From Octopus sinensis (Eukaryota): DNA of 64,000 nt. Every line of letters begins with the position of its first letter. Position 1 is the first letter of the stretch. Shown here in pieces: positions 12,865 to 24,309 of this stretch. Position numbers and translations under genes: made by a program. The DNA lies in NCBI RefSeq assembly GCF_006345805.1, contig NC_043008.1, positions 19,158,001 to 19,222,000 on the forward strand. The letters run 5' to 3'. The notes under the pieces are model-generated. The model was given only the letters and a program-made list of their open reading frames with translations, was not told the DNA's origin and did no database searches.

Positions 12865-13180
12865 TCTATGTTCTAGCATGATACTTATTCTACCAGTCCT
12901 TTTCACCAAACCATTAAGTTGCAGGGATGTAAACAAACCAACATATATATGTGCGTAAATATATATATACATACATATATTTATATATATATTATATATA
13001 TATATATATATATATGATGGGCTTCTTTCAGTTTCTGTCTACCAAATCCACTAATAAGGCTTTGGTCGACCAGAGGCAATAGTAGAAGACACTTGCCCAA
13101 GGTGCCACGCTATGGGACTGAACCCAGAACCATGTGTTTGGTAAAGCAAGCTACTTACCACACAGCCACTCCTGCGCCTA
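12865..13180 (-). mobile_element. SINE family A
   Basis: Family A match; tail end degraded. Confidence 0.75.
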
Positions 13181-13253
13181 TGCATATGTGCGAAATAAAA
13201 ATATAAAATGGCAACAATTTACCCATCGCACTCTGTATATTATATATATATAT

Positions 13254-13305
<52 letters not shown>

Positions 13306-13756
13306 TTATATGTAGATACATCTATATATTTATTTATGCAAGTGTATATATATTTATGCATTTATATATATATATATATATATATATATGATATGATGAT
13401 GATGAAGATGACAATGATGTTTGGTTTATATTTTTGTTTTGTATGTGTTTTTTATTGGGTTTTTCTGTTAAAAAAAGTGGAAAAAGCTTGTACACTATTT
13501 ATTTCCATAAAAGTGCAACCTTTCATAAACATACACACACACAAAAACACACACACACATGCAACCAAGCACACACATACACTCACAGAGAAGGAGAAGA
13601 TGGAGGTGTATTGAATACAGTACAGGTTAATGAAACACACACCTTTATTTCACAACACCTGAGTCATTAAGTCAGGACTTTTTGCATAATCTGTGTTTAT
13701 GATGTTTCTTGTTATCACTATTCTTTATATTGTTTTTACTAATAGGGTATATAATA

Positions 13757-13788
<32 letters not shown>

Positions 13789-14018
13789 AATCAATAAAGT
13801 ACAAAATAGTAAATAGTAGTAAATACTATTTTGTATTTTATTGATTTAAAATTAGGTTTTTTTTATAGTATATGTTTTTTTATAGTATATGTTTTCTATA
13901 TGGTGTGAATAACATCTTTCTTTATTGAATTATTTAACAGTGGTTTTTCTCTAAATTATATACATATTTAATTTAAAATTGAATTTTTCCCTGTAAGTTT
14001 TGGAATTATATTCCCTAC

Positions 14019-14063
<45 letters not shown>

Positions 14064-14094
14064 TATACATGCGTGTATGTGTGTGTGTGTGTAG

Positions 14095-14505
14095 GCACTG
14101 GTGTTTCTGAGTGGTAAGAAGTTTGCTTCCCAACCCCATGGTTCTGGGTTCAGTCCCACAGCGTGAGTGAAATGACCAGAGATTTGTGACTGGATTTGGT
14201 AGACAAGCCGGAAGAAGCCAATTGCCTATGTGTTTGTGTGTGTCCGCCTGTGTGTGTGCACGCACATGCATCCACGCATGCATGTGTGCGCATCTTTCTA
14301 TCTTTGTATCTGTATTTGTACTTTCACACACCACTTGACAACCGGTGTTAGTGTGCTTACATCCCAATAACTTAGTGGTTCAGCAAAAAAGTCTGATAAA
14401 ATAGATACCAAGCAAATAATAAGTCTTGGAGCCGATTCATTCAACTAAAGTTCTTCAAAGCTGTGCTCCAGCATGGCCACAGTCTCAGAAGTAAAAGTAA
14501 AAGAT
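14095..14505 (+). mobile_element. SINE family A (diverged)
   Basis: Family A match with internal deletion. Confidence 0.7.
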
Positions 14506-14544
14506 ATATATGTATGTGTATATGTATATATACACACACATATA

Positions 14545-14650
14545 CTTCATGTTTTTGTATCTGGTTTGCAAGATTCTTTATGTGAATTTGTGTGTTGAAA
14601 TAAATTTTGTTGTATCTGGGGAGAGTCATGACTCTGCCAAGACACAACGA
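14545..14650 (-). mobile_element. Family F fragment with short terminal fold-back
   Basis: ggtttgcaagattctttatgtg...tctggggagagtca is followed directly by its inverted copy tgactctgccaagacacaac. Confidence 0.65.
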
Positions 14651-14721
14651 AATATATATATATATTACGAAGATGTACTTGCATAGCAAGTGACCTGATC
14701 TGAGATCGTGTGCTGAATCAA

Positions 14722-15011
14722 AAACAATTGCAGTGGGAAGGTGTTTTTAAGCCATTTAAAAACACAAAAAAAACCGTTAGATTCACTTCTACATTTAAAT
14801 TTAATTTGCCAAAATATTTTTGTCGCTTTGAGACCACGACCTGTTCACTGACATTTGTCAGTGAATAGGTCATGGAATTTTGTCTGTGAATAGGTCACGG
14901 TCTCAAAGCAACAAACATATTTTGGCAAATTAAATTTAAATGTAGAAGTGGATCTAACGGGTTTTTATATGTTTTTAAATGGCTTATTAACACCTTCCAC
15001 ACTGCAATTGT

Positions 15012-15013
<2 letters not shown>
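14722..15013. mobile_element. Family G fold-back element (~130-bp arms) with hammerhead-like motifs
   Basis: Arms 14722-14853 and 14881-15013; an extra partial head at 14856-14875; (TA)n tract on the right and a short TA run just upstream on the left. Confidence 0.7.
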
Positions 15014-15075
<62 letters not shown>

Positions 15076-15081
15076 GTATAT

Positions 15082-15460
15082 ATCATCATCATCATTATCA
15101 TCATCATCGTTTAGCGTCCGTTTTCCATGCTAGCATGGGTTGGACGGTTCTACTGGGGTCTGTGAAGCCAGAAGGCTTCATCAGGCCCAGTCAAATCTGG
15201 CAGTGTTTCTACGGCTGGATGCCCTTCCTAACGCCAACCACTCCGTGAGTGTAGTGGGTGCTTTTTACGTGCCACCCGCACTGGTGCCAGACAGAGCTGG
15301 CAAACGGCCACGAACGGATGGTGCTTTTTATTGTGCCACCGGCACGAGGGCCAGGTGAGGCTGGCAACGGACACGAAACGGGGCGGTGCTGGCAACGGTC
15401 GCGAAACGGAAAGTTCTCTTATATGCCACCGGCACTGGTAACACATCTGCAATTTCCATT
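15082..15460 (-). mobile_element. Family C 3' end with internal repeats
   Basis: Near-consensus family C. Confidence 0.85.
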
Positions 15461-15652
15461 GATCGATAAAGAATAGTGATGACAACAACCATCATTAACA
15501 CAAATTATGCAAAAAGTCCTGACTCATTGACTCAGGTGTTGAGTAATAAAGGTGTGTGTTTCATTAACCTACATTGTTTTCAATATACCTCCATCTTCTC
15601 CCTCTCTCTCCCTCTCTCTCTCTTGTGAGTGTGTGTGTGTGTGCTTGGTTGT

Positions 15653-15686
<34 letters not shown>

Positions 15687-15922
15687 TTATGAAATGTTGT
15701 ACCTTTACGCCAATAAATAGTTTTTTGTAAATTCTAACTATGTATATGTATGTGTGTGTATATATATATATATATAACACTATTTCGTTATTCAATCAAT
15801 ACTGAAAAGATATCATCTATAATACCCACATAGAAATAAATTAAATATATTATAATTAGTGTACTAAATAGAATCGTTTTCCTTGTTAACTTGGAATTTT
15901 TATATTCCCTAACTATTAATAA

Positions 15923-15958
<36 letters not shown>

Positions 15959-16239
15959 TGTATGTATGTATGTCTAGCATGGAATGCGGACGCTAAATGA
16001 TGATGATGATGATGATGATGATATAGGAGAGGAAAAAATAATAAGGCAGAATGCTAAACTGAAAGTAAATCTTAATAAAAATGGGTGTATGAAAGATTAT
16101 AAGAAAGGAATTCAAACTGGCTTTCATCGCAAGGCAAATTCTTTCAGTTTAGCATTCTGCCTTATTACTTTTTCCTCTCCTATCATTTCTCCACGTGTGG
16201 TTAACACAACCCCACCATTTACTGACTTATATATATATA

Positions 16240-16540
16240 TATGTCATCGTCGGCATCATTTAATGTCTGCTTTCCATGAGTTGGAAATGGCATCTGCTGG
16301 ATAGTGTGATAGGAGCTGGGAAGCCAGAGAGCTGCACCAGGTTCCAAATGTCTGTTTTCTCATGGTTTCTACAGTTGGATGTCTTTCCTAACACCAGCCA
16401 CTTTACAGACTCTACAAGGTGCTTTTTACATGGTACCGACACAATTGCTTCCTACATGACATCAGCACAGATGCTTCTTATGTGAATCCAGCACAGGTGT
16501 TTTTTATGTGGCACAAACACACCTGCTTTTTGCATGGCAT
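16240..16540 (-). mobile_element. Family C (diverged)
   Basis: Degenerate family C match including internal repeat units. Confidence 0.65.
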
Positions 16541-16553
16541 ATATATATATATA

Positions 16554-16946
16554 CTAGCAGTATCGCCCGGCGTTGCTTGGGTTTGTAAGGGAAATAACTA
16601 TATAAGCATTTTTGGAGATGTAAAGTATAATAGCCATCTCAATATAGCTAACCACAAAGGGGGGTGTTACTGTAGCTTTTTACGTTCTGAGATTTAATAA
16701 TACATTTTTAGAGAGTTACTTCCCTTATATAATAGGAAAAAAATGCATTAAAAATGGGAAAAAATTATGGTAAATTTTTTTAAATTGTAGACTCATCGTA
16801 GATGTAGGCTAATACCCAGAAGGGCTCGATATGAATCACGACTATAAGATACCAGCTTTTGGTTACACTGCACTGCAAAATGTGGGAGTAGTTAGGAATC
16901 TAAATCGTAAGAGACAGACACACAACTTCACTTTTATATATAAAGA
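16554..16946 (-). mobile_element. Non-autonomous Helitron
   Basis: On the minus strand: 5' TC(tttatatataaaag), 3' CTAG, GC hairpin cccaagcaacgccggg ending 8 nt before the CTAG, inserted between A and T with no TSD. These are canonical Helitron hallmarks. Confidence 0.85.
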
Positions 16947-17056
16947 TAAGCAAAAATTTAGATTCAGATGAATTAGGTACCTAAATTGAGGCACTAGAAT
17001 TTAGTACGGTATTATCCATACAGTTTCAAAATAAGGTGATTAAAATCAAAAGAAGA

Positions 17057-17216
17057 AACAGGATATCCAGAGGTAATGCAGTATGATCATTTCAAGCAAC
17101 TCCATTTAATTGAACAATGCAACCATTTACATAAATTGATGTAAATGGTTGCATTGTCCAATTAAATGGAGTTGCTTGAAACGCTTGTACTGCATTACCT
17201 CTGGATATCCTGTTGC
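17057..17216. repeat. Imperfect palindrome (~75-bp arms, 6-nt loop)
   Basis: aacaggatatccagaggtaatgcagta...ccatttacat aaattg atgtaaatgg...tactgcattacctctggatatcctgtt. Confidence 0.9.
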
Positions 17217-17401
17217 TTATTCTGATTATATATATATGTATGTATATATGTATGCATAAAATCCAATTTTTTCATCCTTATTTTGATTTTATATATGTAT
17301 AAATATATATATTATCGGTAAAACATAAATCCCAAAAAGAAGCACACTCTAAGTTATAGAGCAGTATACGATATAAATAAAGTTACATAACGCTGGTTTA
17401 T

Positions 17402-17539
17402 GGGATTACCCTGGGTTTCACATACGCTTTATGGCGTATCATTAGATCCCAAACATGTTTGCTTATTTGGTTTGGGATCTGATGATACACCATAAAGTTA
17501 AGTTATGAGCTTTACAGATGTGAAACCCAGTATAATCCC
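17402..17539. ncRNA. Head-to-head pair of type I hammerhead ribozyme motifs (each degenerate)
   Basis: Minus copy 17402-17450: GGGAT CTAATGA T ACG..TGT GAAA CCCAGGG TA ATCCC. Plus copy 17474-17539: GGGAT CTGATGA T ACA..TGT GAAA CCCAGTA TA ATCCC. 5-bp stem I in both. Confidence 0.65.
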
Positions 17540-17603
17540 TTAATCCGGTCTTAGCTAATTTTATTTGTGTGTGTGAGTGTGTGTGTGTCTATATATATAT
17601 ACG

Positions 17604-17830
17604 TGTGTCTGGGGAGAGTCATTCTCTTTTAGTGCCTTATAATTTAACACACTCACCGATGAAATTTCCACTTATTTCCTTCTATGTTTTTCTGTAAATA
17701 AGTGGTAATTATACCAGTGAGTGTGTTAAATTATAAGGTACTAAAAGAGAATGACTCTCCCCAGACACAACAGAATATGCTTCAACACATGAACTCACAT
17801 AAAGAATCTTGCAAACCAAATCCAAAAACG
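17604..17830. mobile_element. Family F fold-back (arms 17604-17677 / 17696-17769)
   Basis: tgtgtctggggagagtcattctcttttagtgccttataatttaacacactcac is present in both orientations; (TA)n on both sides. Confidence 0.85.
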
Positions 17831-17849
17831 AGATATATATATATATATG

Positions 17850-18420
17850 CACAGGCGTGGCTGTGTAGCAAGAAGCTTGCTTCCCAACCACATGATTCCA
17901 GGTTCAGTCCCACTGCATGGCACCTTGGGCAGGTGTCTTCTACTATAGCCTCAGGCCAACCAAAGCCATGTGAGTGGATCTGGTAGATGGAAACTGAAAG
18001 AAGCCCATCATCATATATGTGCCATGATTAACTGCTAAATCCACAAGTTTTTCTATTCTTCCTTTCTGTTGAAGAGCGTAAGCTCAAAACATAAAAGACT
18101 TTCTCACCTTCCTGAGCATCAAACTAATACACCTGTTTGTTGTTTGTACACCTGCCTTCGTCTTTTGTTTCTCTGTAAATTTCAACTATATATGTATATA
18201 TATATATATGTTTATGTGTCTGTGTTCGTCCCCCAAAATCGCTTGACAACCAATGTTGGTGTGTTTATGTCCCCACAACTTAGTGCTTCAGCAAAAGAGA
18301 CTGATAAAATAAGTGCTAGGCTTACAAAGAATAAGTCCTGGGGTTGATGTGTTCAACTAAAGGTGACGCTGTAACATGGCCAGAGTCAAATGACTGAAAC
18401 AAATAAAAGAATAAAAGAAA
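17850..18420 (+). mobile_element. SINE family A split by a family E insertion
   Basis: 5' half 17850-18015 and 3' half 18190-18420, separated at the internal microsatellite. Confidence 0.75.
18040..18190 (+). mobile_element. Family E short element (hammerhead-like, CpG-decayed)
   Basis: ctttctgttgaagagcgtaagctcaaaacataaaagac...ctgccttcgtcttttgt. Homologues at 28195, 48160 and 62525. Confidence 0.7.
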
Positions 18421-18529
18421 TGTGTGTGTGTGTGTGTGTATATGATTGATTCATGATTGATTGATTGTAGTTTCTAAAATACACAGTAATGTTTATATAT
18501 ATATATAATAAATATATATATATAAAAAT

Positions 18530-18569
<40 letters not shown>

Positions 18570-18950
18570 CTTTTACTCTTTTACTTGTTTCAGTCATTTG
18601 ACTGCGGCCATGCTGGAGCACCGCTTTTAGTCGAGCAAATCGACCCCGGGACTTATTCTTTGTAGCCCAGTACTTATTCTATCGGTCTCCTTTGCCGAAC
18701 CGCTAAGTGACGGGGACGTAAACACACCAGCATTGGTTGTCAAGCAATGCTAGGGGACAAACACACACACACACACACTTATATATATATATACATATAT
18801 ACGACAGGCTTCTTTCAGTTTCCGTCTACCAATCCCTACAAGCATTGGTCAGCCCGGGGCTATAGCAGAAGACACTTGCCCAAGATGCCACGCAGTGGGA
18901 CTGAACCCGGAACCATGTGGTTGGTTAGCAAGCTACTTACCACACAGCCA
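18570..18950 (-). mobile_element. SINE family A
   Basis: Near-consensus. Confidence 0.9.
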
Positions 18951-19286
18951 ATACTGTGTATTTTAGAAGCTTGTTTTGCACACAAGTAGTGTTTGTGTTT
19001 ATAAGACGTGTTTGTGTGTGTATGATATCATGTGTGTGTGTGCATGTGCACAGATTTATGAGTGTGTGTGTGTGTGTGTGTGTGTGTGGATGATGTCATG
19101 TTGGCCTGAGTACACCACTTAAGATGTAATCCAGGCCAACCTGTTATGGACTGGGATTCATTGTCTGTGGTGACTAAGCCAGCACTCCCTCAAACAAGGC
19201 TGGCCAAAGTGAGGTGGTTCACTAATGACTCTTAGCTGTGGCTAAGAAGTGCTTAGGATCAGAAACTAGATGACTACCACACCAAA

Positions 19287-19319
<33 letters not shown>

Positions 19320-19320
19320 C

Positions 19321-19352
<32 letters not shown>

Positions 19353-19775
19353 CACTACCACTACTACTACTACTACTAGTACTACTACCAATACCACCAC
19401 CACTGACAACAACCAGTGTGTGTGTGTCTTGTGAGTAATTACGTATGCAAGTGTGAGCAGATTCATGTGTTTATGTATCGTGTATATGTATTCAATACAT
19501 ACTTATATGTATGCGTGTATGTGTGTGTGTGTATACATATATAGACTCATGTTGTTGTTGAATGCTCGAAACGAGGAGTAGATAGACAGCCAACAACTGA
19601 TGAAGGATCCTTTCTCTGTGTTTACTTGTCCTGCCTTCCATTTTTTTCCTGTTGTTTATATGTATTTAACTTGTTTGTTGATGTATTTCATGTTATTTGC
19701 ACAATTGGTGACATCCTATACCCATATACGCATGTACATATATATAGAGAGAGAGAGTGAGTAAGAGAGAGAGAT

Positions 19776-19814
<39 letters not shown>

Positions 19815-20580
19815 CATATCATATATTATTTATTATTTATATATATATATGTATGTATGTATGTATGTATACATATATGTATTATATATATATATATATA
19901 TATATACATATACGTATTATGTGTGTGTGTATGTATGTATGTATGCATATAGATACATATATATAATGTATATATTATATATATACATGTATGTTTGTAT
20001 GCATGTATGTATGTGTGTGTGTGTGCAAGAGAGAGAAAGAAAGAAAGAAAGAAAGAAAGAAAAGAAGGAAGGAAGGAAGGAAGTAAAAGAGACAGGTTAC
20101 TGCTAGGAGTTCAAGGATTATTTTCGCCTTGATCTTTGACAGTCACGCTTTGTGGATCACCAAAAGACATAATCATCATATGATTACATAGCAAGATCAG
20201 AGACAGACAAACAGACAGACAGTCAGTCACACAGAGAAGAAGAAGGCAAGAGAGAAAGAGAGAGAGAGAGAGAGAGATGGGTGAGATGAGAAAGAAAAAC
20301 AAGCGGGGAGTGATAGACTTAATTGTTACCAAATGTCTCTTATGACCGACTAATTTGTAATTCTCAACTGAAATTATCCGGTCCTCCAATTTATTAGTGA
20401 AAATTAGAGCATTCTTAAAGATCCTCTCTCTCAGATCGTATTACATTCGTTCAAAATTTGTTCTATTCTTGTGGTTTATGTACATTTTTTTGTATTTCCT
20501 GTTGTTGTCTTTTTTGTTTTTTTTGCTGAACCCCATCCATCTATTTTCACAATGTTACTCATTAAACAGTATTGATGGAA

Positions 20581-21320
20581 GATCATCATCATCATTATGA
20601 TCATCATAATCATCTTTGTCATTTTCATCATCCTCATCATCATCATTATCCTCATCATCATCTTTATCATTGTCATTGTCCTCATCTGTCATCATCCTCA
20701 TCATCATCTTTATCATCGTCATTGTCATCATCTGTCATCATCCTCATCATCATCTTTATCATTATCCTCATCATCATCCTCATCATCATCATCTTTATCA
20801 TCGTCATTGTCATCATCTGTCATCATCCTCGTCATCATCTCTTTATCATTCCCTCATCATCATCCTCATCATCATCTTTTCATCGTCATTGTCATCATCT
20901 GTCATCATCCTCATCATCATCTTTATCATTATCCACATCATCATCCTCATCATCATCTTTATCATCGTCATTGTCATCATCTGTCATCATCCTCGTCATC
21001 ATCTTTATCATTATCCTCATCATCATCCTCATCATCATCTTTATCATCGTCATTGTCATCATCTGTCATCATCCTCATCATCATCTTTATCATTATCCAC
21101 ATCATCATCCTCATCATCATCTTTATCATCGTCATTGTCATCATCTGTCATCATCCTCATCATCATCATCATCATTATCATCATCATCATCATCATTATT
21201 ATCATCGTCATCATCATCATCGCCATCTCATCATCCTCGTCCTCGTCACCTACTTCTTCTTCTTCTTCCTCCTCCTCTTCATCATCATCATCATTCTCAT
21301 CCTCCTCGTCATCATCATTT
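20581..21320. repeat. (CAT)n-derived higher-order repeat, 82-bp period
   Basis: ctgtcatcatcc recurs at 20817, 20899, 20981, 21063 and 21145. Confidence 0.9.
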
Positions 21321-21539
21321 AACGTCCATTTTGCCATGCTCACACAGGTTGCACGAAATTTGATTGGATGGATTTCTCTACAGTCAGATGCCATTTTTTT
21401 TTTTTGCCAAATTTCACTTGCTTCCAAATATGGTAATGTTTTCCCCATGGCCTGACATGTTTTCATGGAAGACTGGAAACAAAGGACCCCCCACTTGTTT
21501 GATGCTGACACTCATTTACAACCATCACACAAAATCAAG

Positions 21540-21955
21540 ACAAGGGGACAATAACACACACACACATACACATACGATGGGCTTCTTTCAGTTTCCTTTG
21601 GTTAGCCCAGTGCTTGAGTAGAAGACACTTGCCCAAGCTGCCATGCAGTGGGACTGAACCTGAAACCATATGGTTGGGAAGTAAACTTCTTGACCACACA
21701 GCCATGCCTGCAAGAAAACTGTCATATATGTATGTGTGTGTGTATGAGTTTGTCCATCCTCCACCATCACCCAACAACCGATGTTGGTGTGTTTACGTCC
21801 CCATATCATAACGGTTCGGCAAAAGAGGCCGATAGAATAAGTACTACACTTACAAAGAATAAGTCCTGGGATCGATTTCTTCGACTAACACCCTTTAAGG
21901 CAGTGCTCCAGCATGGCCACAGTCAAATGATTGACACCAGTCAAAAGAATAAAAA
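21540..21955. mobile_element. SINE family A 5' half (minus) abutting a family A 3' half (plus)
   Basis: 21540-21712 is the reverse complement of the head half; 21720-21955 is the plus-strand tail half. Confidence 0.65.
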
Positions 21956-22137
21956 CAGAATCTCTTCAAAACTTTGAGGCTACAAAAAAATCATATGATC
22001 AAGTAGAAAGATATATTTTTTTCACTGAGTAATACTGATAGAACAGCATGAAAGACTCGAACTCACATCCCTTCAATTGAGTCTCATGGCTGGTTGCTGA
22101 CAGATTTTTCTACTCTGTAAAGATTTTATTCTATATA

Positions 22138-22350
22138 TGCTTATTTCGTTTTTGGATTTGGTTTGCAAGATTCTTTATATGAGTTCATGTGTTGAAGCAT
22201 ATTCTGTTGTGTCTGGGGAGAGTCATTTTCTTTTTGTGTCTTATAATGTAACACACTCACCGGTAAAATTTCCACTTTTTTCTTATTTTTATTGTCCCAA
22301 AATTTTCGTTGCCTCTTGCAACCTTTTCAATAGCTTTGACTCTATATATG
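22138..22350 (-). mobile_element. Family F element with hammerhead-like motif at 22297-22333
   Basis: Homologous to 14545, 17604 and 24700; TA-rich ends. Confidence 0.75.
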
Positions 22351-22768
22351 CTATTCTATCAGTATTTACACGTTGATAAATATTTTTCTTTCTACTTGTA
22401 CTACAGTACATTTCAGTGCTTCAAAATCAAACTTATGTTTGTTTATATATGATGTAATAGATTATCAATTTTTAAAAACGTGGATAAAAAAAGCATTATG
22501 TGATAAATTAATTGAATGCTAAAGGGTTAAACCAGTGAATAAACAATATTTTTTTTTTTTTTGTAAGATGTCAATTGATAACTCAGAAGTGACAGCAAAC
22601 AGGATCCCTGGATCAATTCCTACAATCCTTAAAACCTCCAACAAAAGAGCATAAATTTTGAATCAGTGTTATCAAAATAGCATATAACCAAAAACAGAAC
22701 AGTCAACAATGAATGCTTGTATTATAGAAATATAGAGTAAGTTTCTTTTTTTTTTTCTTTATCTAAAC

Positions 22769-23744
22769 CAGGGGTGGGGAAACTTTTTAGTGTGGTGGGC
22801 AAAAAGTTTCGAATGAAAAAGGTCCACAGGCAGACCACAAGTTCTAACTCTTATATCTGCGTAAATCTTATATATATCTATGTGTAATTTGATATACATT
22901 AATAGAGATAAGTTTAACACATTAAATTAAAACATATAGGCGCAGGAGTGGCATATAGGCGCAGGAGTGGCTGTGTGGTAAGTAGCTTGTTTACCAACCA
23001 CATGGTTCCGGGTTCAGTCCCACTGCGTGGCACCTTGGGCAAGTGTCTTCTACTATAGCCTCGGGCCGACCAAAGCCTTGTGAGTGGATTTGGTAGATGG
23101 AAACTGAATGAAGCCCGTCGTATATATGTATATATATATGCGTGTGTGTGTTTGTGTGTCTGTGTTTGTCCCCCTAGCATTGCTTGACAACCGATGCTGG
23201 TGTGTTTATGTCCCCGTTACTTAGCGGTTCGGCAAAAGTGACCGATAGAATAAGTACTGGGCTTACAAAAGAGTAAGTCCCTGGGTCGAGTTGCTCGACT
23301 AAAGGCGGTGCTCCAGCATGGCCACAGTCAAATGACTGAAACAAGTAAAAGAGTAAAAGAGTAAAGAGTAAAGAGTATAACATCTTCATTAACGCCACCA
23401 CTGAATTTAGGACATTTACATTACTTATGAGGTATTCTATATTTTTCAGCTAGAGTGTAGTTGGGTCTCAAGGGGATGGTACAATCCTAGCAGTATGTGT
23501 TTTATAGTGTAAACAAAATTTCCATTCATATGGCAATTACCAGATGATTTCCTGTTCGAGTCTAACCGTTTTAAGTCATAGTGGAAACGTGAATTATGTC
23601 GCAAATAGGCATATGAATATTTTATAAATTCTATACTTGAAAAATTTATTATATTTTGTATATATGAGTAAATCAGCCTGCAGGCGCAATAAAATGTGCT
23701 CACGGGTGCAATTGCACCCATGGGCGGGGGTTTCCCTGCCCCTG
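22769..23744. mobile_element. hAT (Charlie-type) MITE
   Basis: TIRs caggggtggggaaac / gtttccctgcccctg (13/15). Perfect 8-bp TSD atctaaac at 22761-22768 and 23745-23752, fitting the NTCTARAN Charlie target. Confidence 0.9.
22936..23375 (+). mobile_element. SINE family A nested in the hAT MITE
   Basis: Near-consensus; 19-bp 5'-end duplication catataggcgcaggagtgg x2 (22933-22970). Confidence 0.9.
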
Positions 23745-24009
23745 ATCTAAACCCTTTCATTACCATATTTCTATTGAAATGCCCTACTTTTGTCTCAATC
23801 AATTCTGAAAGAAATGAAGAATTCAGTGAAATAACTTTACCATCAACCCTTAAGCACTAATCCTAATCCAGACCAAATATTCTACTTGTTTTATGCTCAA
23901 ACTGGTCAGACCTGGCTTCTCACACATATCCTACAATGTCATTCTAAATATAAACAATTACCTCATGAAAATCATAACACATGGGCCAGGGTTTGTTTCC
24001 CTGCTTGGG

Positions 24010-24285
24010 AAAGTTTTGTTTGTTTGAGAAGACCCATCAAACCAAGCAAAATTGCAGTTGTGGCAGATACTGGTGCCACGCAAATTAGCATCCGTGCCAG
24101 TGGCACATAAATGCACTCTGGTGGCACTTAAAAGCACCCTTTACACTCTTGGAGTGGTTGGCACTAGGAAGGGCATCCAGCCATAGAAATCCATGCCTTC
24201 CAGTGTACTAGCCCAGTCAAACCATCCAACCCATGCCACCACAGATAACGGACGTTAAATGATGATGATGATGATGATAATGATT
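24010..24285 (+). mobile_element. Family C 3' end
   Basis: ttgagaagacccatcaa...ggaagggcatccag...ggacgttaaatgatgatg. Confidence 0.75.
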
Positions 24286-24309
24286 GTTTGTTTGTTTATT
24301 TGTTGAGCG

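Larger units (their letters stand above)
13493..15724. repeat. Long inverted repeat pair (13493-13728 / 15466-15724)
   Basis: aagatggaggt...ggttaatgaaacacacacctttat...ctgagtca...gtcaggactttttgcataat...tcactattctttat is found reverse-complemented at 15466-15724. Confidence 0.8.

Noticed and set aside
19560-19640. Hammerhead near ctcgaaacg...ctgatgaagg
   Set aside because: The elements are in an order and spacing that give no closed stems. It may be a PLE terminus fragment, but this is not supportable.
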